NCBI GenBank assembly: GCA_964594235.1
Contig: CAZQMF010000004.1
Coordinates: 9,718-73,717 of the forward strand
Reading direction: 5' to 3'
DNA from: an uncultured Acidimicrobiia bacterium
GTDB taxonomy: Bacteria > Actinomycetota > Acidimicrobiia > Spongiisociales > UBA4744
DNA length: 64,000 bases
The position numbers and the translations under genes are program-made. The notes below the pieces were generated by a model. That model searched no databases, was not told where the DNA came from, and saw nothing but the letters and a program-made list of their open reading frames with translations. Positions 47,953 to 56,525 of this stretch are shown here, one piece after another. Each line of letters opens with the position of its first letter. Position 1 is the first letter of the stretch.

Positions 47953-48542
47953 GTGGAGGGTAGGAAGCCGACCAACCTGAGGCTGCTGTCGCTCGCCGGA
48001 GGCCTCTTCCCTGTCATCGCGGTCCTCGGCGCGCTTCTGGTCGGCGCCATCATGCTGCTCATCCTGGGAGCAGATCCCCTCGAGGGCTTCCGTTCGCGAA
48101 GCGCGGGTTTCTCGATTTTGCGGCGATCGAGGAGCACTGCGACCAGCTCATCGCCGATTTCAACGTGAAGACGCCGTCGCAGAAGACACTGCTGAGCGCG
48201 ATGTCGGGCGGCAATATCCAGAAGGCAATTTTCGCCCGGGAGTTGTCAGGCAACCCGAAAGTACTCATCGCAGCACAGCCGACACGTGGCGTCGACATCG
48301 GGGCCACCGAGTACATCCATCGGCGACTCCTCGACCAACGGTTCATCCACGAGAAGCTCCTCGATCAACGCAAGGCCGGGACCGCAACGCTGCTGATCTC
48401 CGAAGACCTCGACGAGATCCTCATCCTTGCCGATCGAATCGCGGTCATCTATGAGGGCCGGATCATGGGCATCGTCAACCACGCCGACGCCACGATCGAA
48501 CAACTCGGCCTGATGATGGCAGGCGTGGAAGCAGACAGCTGA
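47953..48542 (+). pseudogene. relic of a BMP/nucleoside-type ABC transporter (permease N-terminus joined to ATPase C-terminus)
   Basis: 47953 to about 48092 encodes a permease-like N-terminus ([29 protein letters not shown]). From about 48100, in another frame, there is an ATPase C-terminal fragment ([23 protein letters not shown]...MSGGNIQK...LLISEDLDEI). No Walker A and no permease body. Confidence 0.6.
48312..48371 (+). repeat. imperfect 30-bp tandem duplication inside the ABC ATPase relic
   Basis: TACATCCATCGGCGACTCCTCGACCAACGG is followed by TTCATCCACGAGAAGCTCCTCGATCAACGC, encoding [10 protein letters not shown] / [10 protein letters not shown]. Confidence 0.7.
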
Positions 48543-48553
48543 CAGCCGACAGC
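48533..48553 (-). repeat. heptad repeat array E (plus strand AGACAGC TGACAGC CGACAGC)
   Basis: Three 7-nt units 15 nt after the ygfK-like stop in sense orientation (GCTGTCG GCTGTCA GCTGTCT). Overlaps the stop of the ABC relic. Confidence 0.65.
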
Positions 48554-48568
48554 GCCGACCCCTCGCGC

Positions 48569-51500
48569 TCAGCTGTTCGCTGTCCGCTGTTCGCTGTTCG
48601 CTGTTGGCAGGTGCGGCATCGACCCTCGCAGGCCTTGCATGATGGCGTACATGGTCGCGGCTGCCTCGAGCCGCAGGACCGCTCCCTCCTCGCCTGACGC
48701 GTCGAGGACCGTGAACTCGTCGGCATCGATATGCACGGTTCCCTCGGGGCTTTCGTAGGTGAGCGAACCGTTCAGCTCTATGCGGTGTGTCTCCCCAGCG
48801 AACCGCCCCTCCATCGCATCCTCATAGAGCATGAACGCGTTGTCCGTTTCACTGAGGAAATCATCCTTGTTGAGGTAGATCCGCGGCTTGTCGCGATATG
48901 GCTCGCCTGCCGTTGGGCAGAACGTCACACAGTTCCCGCACTCGTTGCAGAAGTCGGTGAGCACCGCTATCTGGTACCCCTGTTCGACCGAGAACGACTC
49001 ACCCGGTGCAACGCTCGTCTCTCCATCTCCAATCGTGACAACGGACAGATCGAACGACAAAGGCTCCATCGCGTAGGTCATCAGCGCCATGTTGGGGCAC
49101 ACGCCGACACAGATGCTGCAGTAGAGGTCGCAGTCGAGGCAGCGCGATGCCTCCTTCTGGGCTTCCTCCACCGTGTAGGGGAACGTCCCTATTTCGAAGT
49201 TCTTGCGTTCGCCGACCGGAACGTGCGTGATGGGCACGCGGTACTCGCGGTGCGCCTTGCGCACCTGGATGTCCGCCACGGAGAACACCGGCTGGTTTCT
49301 CGGTGCCGGCACGACCCTGCCACCCTCCCGCTCGATGATCGCCGCTGCAGCCACCTTGGCGTCACCGGCCGCCTTCACGATCGATGCCGGTCCCGGAGCG
49401 GCGACGTCACCTGCCGCGAACACGCCCGGGATGGACGTCTCCATGGTGGCCGGATCGACGTCGAGGTATCCGCCGCGGGTCAACGCGGGCGCCTCCTCGT
49501 CGAAGAAGTCGATCAGGGCATGCTGGCTGATCGCGAGGATCATCGTGTCGAACGGAAGCTCGAACTCCGACCCTTCGATCGTGTGCGGCACCTTGCGGCC
49601 CGACGCGTCCCTGTCGCCCCGGTACTCGTTGCGAACGCAGACCAACCCGGCAAGGGCTCCGTTTTCGATGTGGAGAGACACCGGGCTGGTCAGCTCCTCG
49701 ACACGGATGCCCTCTTCGAGAAGCAGATGGACCTCCTCCCTGTCCGCAGGCATCTGATCGATCGTACGCCGGTAGACCACGGTCACGTTGTCCGTCCCGA
49801 GACGCCATGAGGTTCGTGCGCAGTCCATTGCGGTGTCGCCGGCCCCGATGACCGCCACCCTGTCTCCGATCGGCACCGGGTGACCCTCTCGTGCCGCCCT
49901 GAGGAAGTGAAGGGCATCCATGACACCGGCGGCTTCCTCACCGTCGAGTCCGAGGCGCTTGCCGATTTGGGCACCGGCGGCTACCAGCACATAGCGGTAG
50001 CCCTGCTTCCGTAGGTCCGAGACGGTGAAGTCTCGTCCCGCAATCTGGCCATATCTGGTTTCGACGCCGAGGTCATCGACGACGACCATGTCCTTGTCGA
50101 TCTCGCTCTGGGGAAGGCGATACTCCGGAATCGCGCCGGACACCATGCCACCCGGGTAGGGGTGCTGTTCGAACATCGTGACTTCGAACCCCCCACCGGC
50201 GAGGAGCTCAGCGGCGGACATGCCCGCGGGGCCGGCTCCGATGATCGCCACTTTGATGCCGGTCGGCGGCTTCGGGACCGTCGCTGGGGGTGCGGTCTCG
50301 AGCGTCATGACGAATCGTTTCATATCCCGGATAGCCAACGGCTCGTCGTAGTGGGTCCTGACACAGGTGTGCTCGCACAGGTGGTCGCAGACCTGACCAA
50401 GGATCGTCGGGATCGGGTTGTCCTGACGGGTGACCGCAACGGCGATCTCCCAGTCGCCGTCTCGAACGGCGCGCATGTACTCGGGGACCCGCTGATTCAC
50501 CGGGCACTCGTCCTCGCATGGCGCTGCGATGCAGTCGAATAGGTCCAGGGGGCGCACGGTCTTGGAGCGGCTTCTGAAGAACGAACCCTTCTCGAGATCC
50601 CATGCGTGTCTCGTCTCCGCCGAGTAGGCGCGCAGGTTGACCCGTGCGGCGGCCGTGACCAGGGCATGACGAGTCGCCGGGTTTCGAGGCAGAATCCCGC
50701 CTTCACTGAGACGTACGACCTCTTCGGCCGCCGGCTCCACGCCGAGAGTTTCTGCGAACACTCCTGTGAGCTCGCCTGGGCGTTCCAGGGCGGTGCGCAC
50801 GATCAACTCGTCGAGGTTCCCTGCTCCCGCAACGTCGAGCGCGGCGTCGGTGGTTTCGAAGTACTGCAGCATCCGCATGTACCCACCGGACTTGAGCAAG
50901 TCACTGCACACGGTGACGGTGCTCATTCCTGAGGCGAGGAGTGACGGGACGTTGAAGGCGTCCGCTCCGCCCGCAAACGACATGAGCAAGTCCCCTGCGA
51001 ACTCCTCGTTGAGCCGGTTGGCGACACTGGTGGTGATCGCGTGCAGCGCCCTGCCGGACATGTACATGGTCTCGTCGGTGAACACATCGCGGAAGTTCTC
51101 CACCTCGAGGGTGTTCGTGAGCTTGACGCCAAACGTCAAGCCCTCGGCTGCTCCGACGGTTGTGAGTCTGCGCAGCATCGGAACTGCGTCTGAGTACTGA
51201 AGGTCGTGTCCGAAGGCGGCGTCGGGAACAGGCACGTCCCGGTAGCCGAGACCTGACAGGATGGAGCGAACACCGTCCGGACCCAACAGCGTTGGATTCA
51301 GCTTCACGCTCGTATGTAGATGTCGCTGCTTCATGAGGTACTGGCTGATCGTCTCGATCTCGTCCGGCGGGCAACCGTGCATCGTGGAGAGGGTGATCGT
51401 GTCCGACAGCCGTGTCGGAATGTCGATGGTGCGAACCTCCGGGTAGTCAGCTGCGACGATGTCGACCATCTCGGCGACCCCCTCGGAGGCGTCGTTCATC

Positions 51501-52012
51501 CGCTCGAAGTACCACTGGACGTTCGGCTGCTGGATACCTGCGTAGTCGTACCCGACACTCATGTTGAAGATCAGGCCGGGATGGTCGCCCGGGAAGCCGA
51601 GCCGCCGGTGGAGGGCATGAACGAGCACCCACGCCCGGAGGTACTCCTCGAAGGACTCGTGCACCTTCAGTTCCTGCGACCACTCGACGTTGTAGCCCTC
51701 GTCTTGGCAGTCGATACACGGCTTGGGCACGTCGAGTTCATCGAGCGTCTGCACTGTCTTCAGCTCGATGAACCGTGCACCGTGGAGCCACGCGACGACG
51801 ATGTTCTGGGCCATCTGTGTGTGAGGTCCCGCGGCGACACCGAACGGCGTGTCCAGCGCCTGACCGTACACGTTGGTCCGGTAGCGGTCCGTGGGGTCGG
51901 GAACGAAGAACGCGGAACGCGGGAACCCGAAGATCGTGTCTTCGGCCTCGAGTTCGGAGAACACCCATCTGCTGAGCGCGCGGGCGCTGATCGGGTGGAA
52001 TCGATCGGACAT
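48569..52012 (-). CDS. ygfK: YgfK-like multidomain Fe-S flavoprotein (DPD/DHODH-like barrel, GltD-like FAD/NAD(P) module, 2x[4Fe-4S])
   Basis: Homology begins at MSDRFHPISARAL. ATG 52012 follows GAGAGGAG. Motifs VAIIGAGPAGMSAA, VAVIGAGDTAMDCA, CLDCDLYCSICVGVCP and FCNECGNCVTFCP. Confidence 0.85.
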   Translation of the reverse strand: MSDRFHPISARALSRWVFSELEAEDTIFGFPRSAFFVPDPTDRYRTNVYGQALDTPFGVAAGPHTQMAQNIVVAWLHGARFIELKTVQTLDELDVPKPCIDCQDEGYNVEWSQELKVHESFEEYLRAWVLVHALHRRLGFPGDHPGLIFNMSVGYDYAGIQQPNVQWYFERMNDASEGVAEMVDIVAADYPEVRTIDIPTRLSDTITLSTMHGCPPDEIETISQYLMKQRHLHTSVKLNPTLLGPDGVRSILSGLGYRDVPVPDAAFGHDLQYSDAVPMLRRLTTVGAAEGLTFGVKLTNTLEVENFRDVFTDETMYMSGRALHAITTSVANRLNEEFAGDLLMSFAGGADAFNVPSLLASGMSTVTVCSDLLKSGGYMRMLQYFETTDAALDVAGAGNLDELIVRTALERPGELTGVFAETLGVEPAAEEVVRLSEGGILPRNPATRHALVTAAARVNLRAYSAETRHAWDLEKGSFFRSRSKTVRPLDLFDCIAAPCEDECPVNQRVPEYMRAVRDGDWEIAVAVTRQDNPIPTILGQVCDHLCEHTCVRTHYDEPLAIRDMKRFVMTLETAPPATVPKPPTGIKVAIIGAGPAGMSAAELLAGGGFEVTMFEQHPYPGGMVSGAIPEYRLPQSEIDKDMVVVDDLGVETRYGQIAGRDFTVSDLRKQGYRYVLVAAGAQIGKRLGLDGEEAAGVMDALHFLRAAREGHPVPIGDRVAVIGAGDTAMDCARTSWRLGTDNVTVVYRRTIDQMPADREEVHLLLEEGIRVEELTSPVSLHIENGALAGLVCVRNEYRGDRDASGRKVPHTIEGSEFELPFDTMILAISQHALIDFFDEEAPALTRGGYLDVDPATMETSIPGVFAAGDVAAPGPASIVKAAGDAKVAAAAIIEREGGRVVPAPRNQPVFSVADIQVRKAHREYRVPITHVPVGERKNFEIGTFPYTVEEAQKEASRCLDCDLYCSICVGVCPNMALMTYAMEPLSFDLSVVTIGDGETSVAPGESFSVEQGYQIAVLTDFCNECGNCVTFCPTAGEPYRDKPRIYLNKDDFLSETDNAFMLYEDAMEGRFAGETHRIELNGSLTYESPEGTVHIDADEFTVLDASGEEGAVLRLEAAATMYAIMQGLRGSMPHLPTANSEQRTANS
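48572..48611 (+). repeat. heptad repeat array D (GCTGTTC GCTGTCC GCTGTTC GCTGTTC GCTGTTG GCAGG)
   Basis: Five 7-nt units, inverted relative to array E. Overlaps the last 12 codons of the ygfK-like gene (tail TANSEQRTANS). Confidence 0.7.
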
Positions 52013-52025
52013 GCTCACACTCCTC

Positions 52026-53048
52026 TCACAGCCGGGCGTGGAGTCGCTTCGCTTGCTCTCGAGCTCTCGCCCGGATCTCCTGCGCGTCGACCTTCGTCGG
52101 GCTGCCATTCTGGAACACGACCTCGCCGTCCATCTCGACCTTCAGGGGCCGGACACCAGGGGTGAACGCCAGGTGCCAAGGGTCCATCGGTTCGTATGAC
52201 CACGTCACCTCGTCCTCGAGCGCCTCGGGCGCGAGGTTCCATCCTTCCTCCAGCCACCTCCAGGCTGTCTCAGGCGATGCGGTCACGTCGACAGACCGAT
52301 GCATCACGTAGGCAAGACGGAACGACTCGACCATCGCGGCGCCTATCCCGTCCGTGCCGAGCGCCACGGGGTTGTCGAATCGCACCGGGTTCGCGTACCC
52401 GACGGCGTTGTTCAGGTTGGACCGAGGGTTGTGCACGACCGTGCCACGGAGTTCGTGGTCGGTCGGCAGATGCACGGCGTGGATCAGCAACCAGTCGTCG
52501 GTCGTGAGCCCTTGGAGCTTGAATGTGGCGTCTCTGTCGATTTCGCCTTCTGCGACATGGACGTGGACACCGACCCTCATATCGTTGGCGAGTCCGGCAG
52601 CGGCCTCCAGGCTCCCGTCAGTGCAGGTGAACGCTGCGTGGATCCCAACGAGCCCGTTGCCACCTGCTTTGATGAACCGTTCGTTCTCCGCGAGTCCCCT
52701 CAGGGCCCCTTCGTGCCCGTGCCGGTCCGTGATCCCGTAGGCACAGACGACTCGCACGCCGACCTCGGCACAGGCATCTGCGATCACCGACAGGCTCCCT
52801 TCGATCGCGTTCGGCGACTCGTTGTGATCGATGATGACGGTGGTTCCCTGTTCGAGCGCCTCGAGTGCGCCGAGTTTGGCCGACCACTCGAGCATCTCGA
52901 GGTCGAGAGCAGTGTCGAGCCTCCACCACACCTGCTCGAGAATCTCGAGGAAGTTGGTCGGGGTAGCCGGCGGCGCCGGCATGCCTCGTGCGAGTGTCGA
53001 ATACAGGTGGTGATGTGCGCACACCATGCCAGGGGTCGTCGATGCCAT
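52026..53048 (-). CDS. ssnA: SsnA-like amidohydrolase lacking the usual N-terminal beta-sandwich segment
   Basis: 340 aa. Starts at MASTTPGMVCAHHHLYS, with the HxH site at residues 11-13. VWWRLDTALD, HNPRSNLNNAVGY and LGTDGIGAAM match my recollection of E. coli SsnA. AGGAGG lies 4 nt before the ATG. Confidence 0.8.
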   Translation of the reverse strand: MASTTPGMVCAHHHLYSTLARGMPAPPATPTNFLEILEQVWWRLDTALDLEMLEWSAKLGALEALEQGTTVIIDHNESPNAIEGSLSVIADACAEVGVRVVCAYGITDRHGHEGALRGLAENERFIKAGGNGLVGIHAAFTCTDGSLEAAAGLANDMRVGVHVHVAEGEIDRDATFKLQGLTTDDWLLIHAVHLPTDHELRGTVVHNPRSNLNNAVGYANPVRFDNPVALGTDGIGAAMVESFRLAYVMHRSVDVTASPETAWRWLEEGWNLAPEALEDEVTWSYEPMDPWHLAFTPGVRPLKVEMDGEVVFQNGSPTKVDAQEIRARAREQAKRLHARL

Positions 53049-53067
53049 AGAACCTCCTGCCGCAAAC

Positions 53068-55617
53068 CTACCCGCTGGGTGCCAGCGGAAGCGTCTTCCT
53101 CCAGAACCCGTCTCTGTCGTGCATTGCTGCAGCGACCGCCGGCGCGGTCGGGACCAGCCCGATCTCCCCGACGCCCTTCACGCCGTACGGGGCGTTCGGT
53201 TGAGGCACCTCGATGATGATGACGTCAACGGGGGGCATGTCCTTGGCACGCAGAATGCCGAAGCTGCGGAACGTCATGTTGGTGGGCCGTCCTGAGTCGT
53301 CGACAGGGAAGTCCTCGGAAAGCGCGTACCCGAGCCCCATGTGGACGGCACCTTCGATCTGACCTTCAACGAGCGTCGGATTCACCGCCTTACCGACGTC
53401 GTGTGCCGCGACGACCCGCTCGATTTCGCCCGTTTCGCGATCCATGATGACCACCTGCGCGGCATATCCGAACGCGGAGTGAATGGTCGGATGCTCGACA
53501 CCGGACTCGAGCGAGTCAGTCCAGTCGATGACATACTGGCCGAGGTGATCCACACCCACCGTTCTGCCTGCCTCGATGGCGTTCCGGCAGGCGTCTTGGA
53601 TTGCCCCCGCGCCGAGCAGCGTCCCACGGGAACCGGTCGTCTGTCCGTCCCCCAGCTCCCTCGTGGTGTCGACGATCACGCGGACGCGTGCCGTGTCGAC
53701 ACCGAGCTCCTCGGCGACGACCTGCTGCGCGACAGTGTGGACGCCTTGGCCCATCTCGGTCCAGCAGTGACGGACTTCGACAGTGCCGTCCTCTTCGAAC
53801 CGAACGACCGCCCTCGACTCCTCCTTGTACCCGTTGCCGAGGCCGGTGTTCTTCAGCGCGAGTCCGAGTCCCACCGCCTTGCCTTCCGATCGGGCGGCGT
53901 CGTACACGCTCTTGACGGCGGCCAGGCACTCCGAGGCTCCTCTGCAGCCGTCGTCCATGATCTGCCCAGGGCCCCACTCGACGCCGGGGGTGATGACGTT
54001 GCGTGCTCTGATCTCCCAGCCGGAGATGCCGACGAGCTCCGCCAACCGATCGAGGGTCCCTTCCATCGCGAATTGTGCCTGGTTGGCGCCGAACCCTCGG
54101 AACGCGCCACACACCGGGTTGTTGGTTCGCACCGCGATCGACTCGACGTCGACGTTGGGAACGACGTACGGACCAGTCGCGTGCCCCGCGGCACGTTCGA
54201 GCACTTTCATGCCGACGGAGGCGTATGGACCGGAGTCACCGACGAGACGCGCCCTCACTGCAGTCAGCCTGCCGTCCTCGTCGCACCCCACCGCGTACTC
54301 GAGACGGATGGGATGGCGTTTGGCGTGCATCAAGAGCGACTGTTCCCTGGTGAGCGTGCACTTGACGGGTCGGCGGAGCAGCCACGCAGCCAGTGCCGTT
54401 TGGCCCTGGTTGGACATGTCCTCTTTGCCTCCAAACGCTCCCCCGTTCGAAACGAGCTCGACCGTGACCGCGTCGTTCGGTGCGGCGAGCAACGCGGCGA
54501 TCTGATCGCGGTCATCCCATACGCCTTGGCCGCCCGAGTAGACGTGGAGTCTGCCGCTCGGCGCGGGCACGGCAAGGGTCGACTCCGGTTCGAGGAACGC
54601 GTGCTCGACCCGTTGGGTCGTGAAGATCTCGTTGATCGTGTGACTGCTCGATGCGAGCGCGGAGTCGACGTCACCGCGCTGGTACGTGGAGCGCGACAAG
54701 ATGTTGCCATCGAGCCCCCACACGGCATCCTCGTCCGATGCAAGAGCCTTCTCGGCGTCCGTGAACGGTGCAAGTGGGCGATAGTCGACAGCTATCAGCT
54801 CGGCGGCCCGAAGGGCCGTTTCCCGACGTTCGGCGACGACGATTGCGAGCACATCGCCGAGATAGGAGGTGCGCCCTCCTTCCGGGATGAAGACGGGCCA
54901 GTCCTTGTCGATCAACCCGACGCGGAGCGTTCCCGGCACATCCTTGGCGGTGAACACAGCAGTGACCCCGGCAACCGCTTTCGCGGCGCTGGTGTCGATA
55001 CCAAGGACATCTGCGCGAGCGTGGTCGGCGAGGCGCAGTGCTGCGTGAAGCATCCCATCGACCTTCAGATCATCGACGTACCCTCTAGTGCCGAGAGCCA
55101 ACTCTCTCGCCTCGTACTTGACGCCGGTGGAACCGACGCCGCCAGGCGACGCGACTTCGATCCGATCGCCGTGGGCGACAGCCTCGATGGCGGCGAAGAC
55201 CTTGAGGTAGCCGGTGCAACGGCAGAGGTTCGCTCCGAGGTGGCGCCGGAGATCGTTGCGCGTGAGCTCACGACCTTTCTTGTCGATCAGAGCCTTCGAT
55301 CGCATGATGATGCCCGGCGTGCAGAACCCGCACTGGGTGGCACCGTATGCAGCGAACGCGTCGGCGAAACGATCGCGCTCCTCGTCGGACAGTCCTTCCA
55401 GGGTGGTGATGGTCGTGCCTTCGGCTCTGTCGACGTCCATCTGGCACGACACGCGAGCCTTGCCGTCGACGAGGATCGTGCAGGCACCGCACTGGCCAGA
55501 GGGTGAGCAGCCATCCTTCGGTGAAGTGACACCGAGCTCTTCACGGAGTGCTGCCAGAAGATGGGGATGGTGGTCGTGTACCTCGACGGGCGTGCCATTG
55601 AGGTCGAAACGAGTCAT
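53068..55617 (-). CDS. xdhD: XdhD-like fused [2Fe-2S]/molybdopterin-binding hydroxylase (system 2)
   Basis: N-terminal CSPSGQCGAC, CGFCTPG and CRCTGY, followed by hammerhead and Mo-cofactor domains in one polypeptide. ATG 55617 (MTRFDLNGTPV) is preferred over the listed GTG 55626. Confidence 0.85.
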   Translation of the reverse strand: MTRFDLNGTPVEVHDHHPHLLAALREELGVTSPKDGCSPSGQCGACTILVDGKARVSCQMDVDRAEGTTITTLEGLSDEERDRFADAFAAYGATQCGFCTPGIIMRSKALIDKKGRELTRNDLRRHLGANLCRCTGYLKVFAAIEAVAHGDRIEVASPGGVGSTGVKYEARELALGTRGYVDDLKVDGMLHAALRLADHARADVLGIDTSAAKAVAGVTAVFTAKDVPGTLRVGLIDKDWPVFIPEGGRTSYLGDVLAIVVAERRETALRAAELIAVDYRPLAPFTDAEKALASDEDAVWGLDGNILSRSTYQRGDVDSALASSSHTINEIFTTQRVEHAFLEPESTLAVPAPSGRLHVYSGGQGVWDDRDQIAALLAAPNDAVTVELVSNGGAFGGKEDMSNQGQTALAAWLLRRPVKCTLTREQSLLMHAKRHPIRLEYAVGCDEDGRLTAVRARLVGDSGPYASVGMKVLERAAGHATGPYVVPNVDVESIAVRTNNPVCGAFRGFGANQAQFAMEGTLDRLAELVGISGWEIRARNVITPGVEWGPGQIMDDGCRGASECLAAVKSVYDAARSEGKAVGLGLALKNTGLGNGYKEESRAVVRFEEDGTVEVRHCWTEMGQGVHTVAQQVVAEELGVDTARVRVIVDTTRELGDGQTTGSRGTLLGAGAIQDACRNAIEAGRTVGVDHLGQYVIDWTDSLESGVEHPTIHSAFGYAAQVVIMDRETGEIERVVAAHDVGKAVNPTLVEGQIEGAVHMGLGYALSEDFPVDDSGRPTNMTFRSFGILRAKDMPPVDVIIIEVPQPNAPYGVKGVGEIGLVPTAPAVAAAMHDRDGFWRKTLPLAPSG

Positions 55618-55620
55618 CGG

Positions 55621-55642
55621 CCACACCTTACGCGCCGTGTGG
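55621..55642. promoter_or_regulatory. inverted repeat CCACAC-N10-GTGTGG in the divergent control region
   Basis: Lies in the 92-nt spacer between the xdhD-like gene and the FAD-subunit gene, and overlaps the SD-like AAGGTG of the xdhD-like gene. Function unknown. Confidence 0.25.
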
Positions 55643-55709
55643 CGGTTGTGCCCCTGTACTCTGGCTCTCGAAGAGACGACACCTCGGGGGCGCTAGCATC
55701 TGATCTCGG

Positions 55710-56525
55710 ATGATCACCGAGTACGTGCACTCCGACTCCGTCGAAGAAGCCTACGGGCTCCTGACGTCACTCGGGTCCAGGGCACGCCTCATGGGTGGTG
55801 GAACCGACCTCTCTCTCCACCCTCCCACGGAGGTCGATACGCTCATCGACCTCTCACGAGCGTCACTCGGCGGAATCAGTCGCGACGATGGGGCCATCAC
55901 GATCGGCGCTACGGCGACGTTGACGGAGATGCTCGAGTATGAGCCGCTCGGCAGTGTGTGGTCGGGCGTCGTGCACGCCATGCTCCGGCGTGTTGCATCT
56001 CCACTCCACCGGAACGCTGCCTCGATCGGAGGCCATCTCGCGAGGGGACGCCTCTCAGACGTGGTCCCCGTCATGCTCGCGATCGACGCGTCGGTGCGGT
56101 TCTATGACGGTGCACCGAGACAGATGCCACTCGGCGAGTTCTATGCGACGAGACGCAACCGACGGCCGCTGGTGGTGACCGGTGTTGAGATCCCTGTCGA
56201 TGGAGGCAGGGCCGCGTTCCGGAAGTTCGCCCGCACCACGTATGACCTGGCGATCCTCAATGTGGCATGCGGCGTTCGCTTCGAAGATGCCGTCGTTTCG
56301 TCTGCCAGGATCGTCGTCGGGGAGCGACCTAGCCTCGCCGTGGAACTCGGGGACGCGTCGGAGGTCCTGGTCGGTCAACCCTTCGACGAAGCCTCGATCG
56401 TGCGGGCGGCCCGCGTCGCGAGGGACACCGTCGACGTTCGCTCCGATCCACGGGGAAGCGCCGAGTATCGCCGCCACCTCACCGAGGTGCTCGTTCGTCG
56501 TTGTCTCTTGGAGGTCACACCATGA
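55710..56525 (+). CDS. FAD-binding subunit of molybdopterin dehydrogenase (YgfM-like, system 3 and possibly shared with system 2)
   Basis: 271 aa. GGGTDL and ASIGGHL motifs. The stop overlaps the next start (ATGA). Confidence 0.85.
   Translation: MITEYVHSDSVEEAYGLLTSLGSRARLMGGGTDLSLHPPTEVDTLIDLSRASLGGISRDDGAITIGATATLTEMLEYEPLGSVWSGVVHAMLRRVASPLHRNAASIGGHLARGRLSDVVPVMLAIDASVRFYDGAPRQMPLGEFYATRRNRRPLVVTGVEIPVDGGRAAFRKFARTTYDLAILNVACGVRFEDAVVSSARIVVGERPSLAVELGDASEVLVGQPFDEASIVRAARVARDTVDVRSDPRGSAEYRRHLTEVLVRRCLLEVTP

Noticed and set aside
48533-48611. Whether the repeat arrays could be a degenerate CRISPR or a minisatellite mobile element
   Set aside because: The units are 7 nt with no spacers, there are no cas genes, and there are no terminal inverted repeats or target duplications. 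It is reported as a microrepeat, not as a CRISPR or mobile element.
53341-55506. 721-aa plus-strand ORF, and similar long ORFs (56946-59240 minus, 44032-45495 plus, 40531-41811 plus, 30012-31376 plus, 9985-11307 plus)
   Set aside because: All are antisense shadows of genes with clear family motifs. Their translations are Arg/Gly/Asp/His-rich low-information sequence, as expected for stop-poor frames in 65 percent GC DNA.
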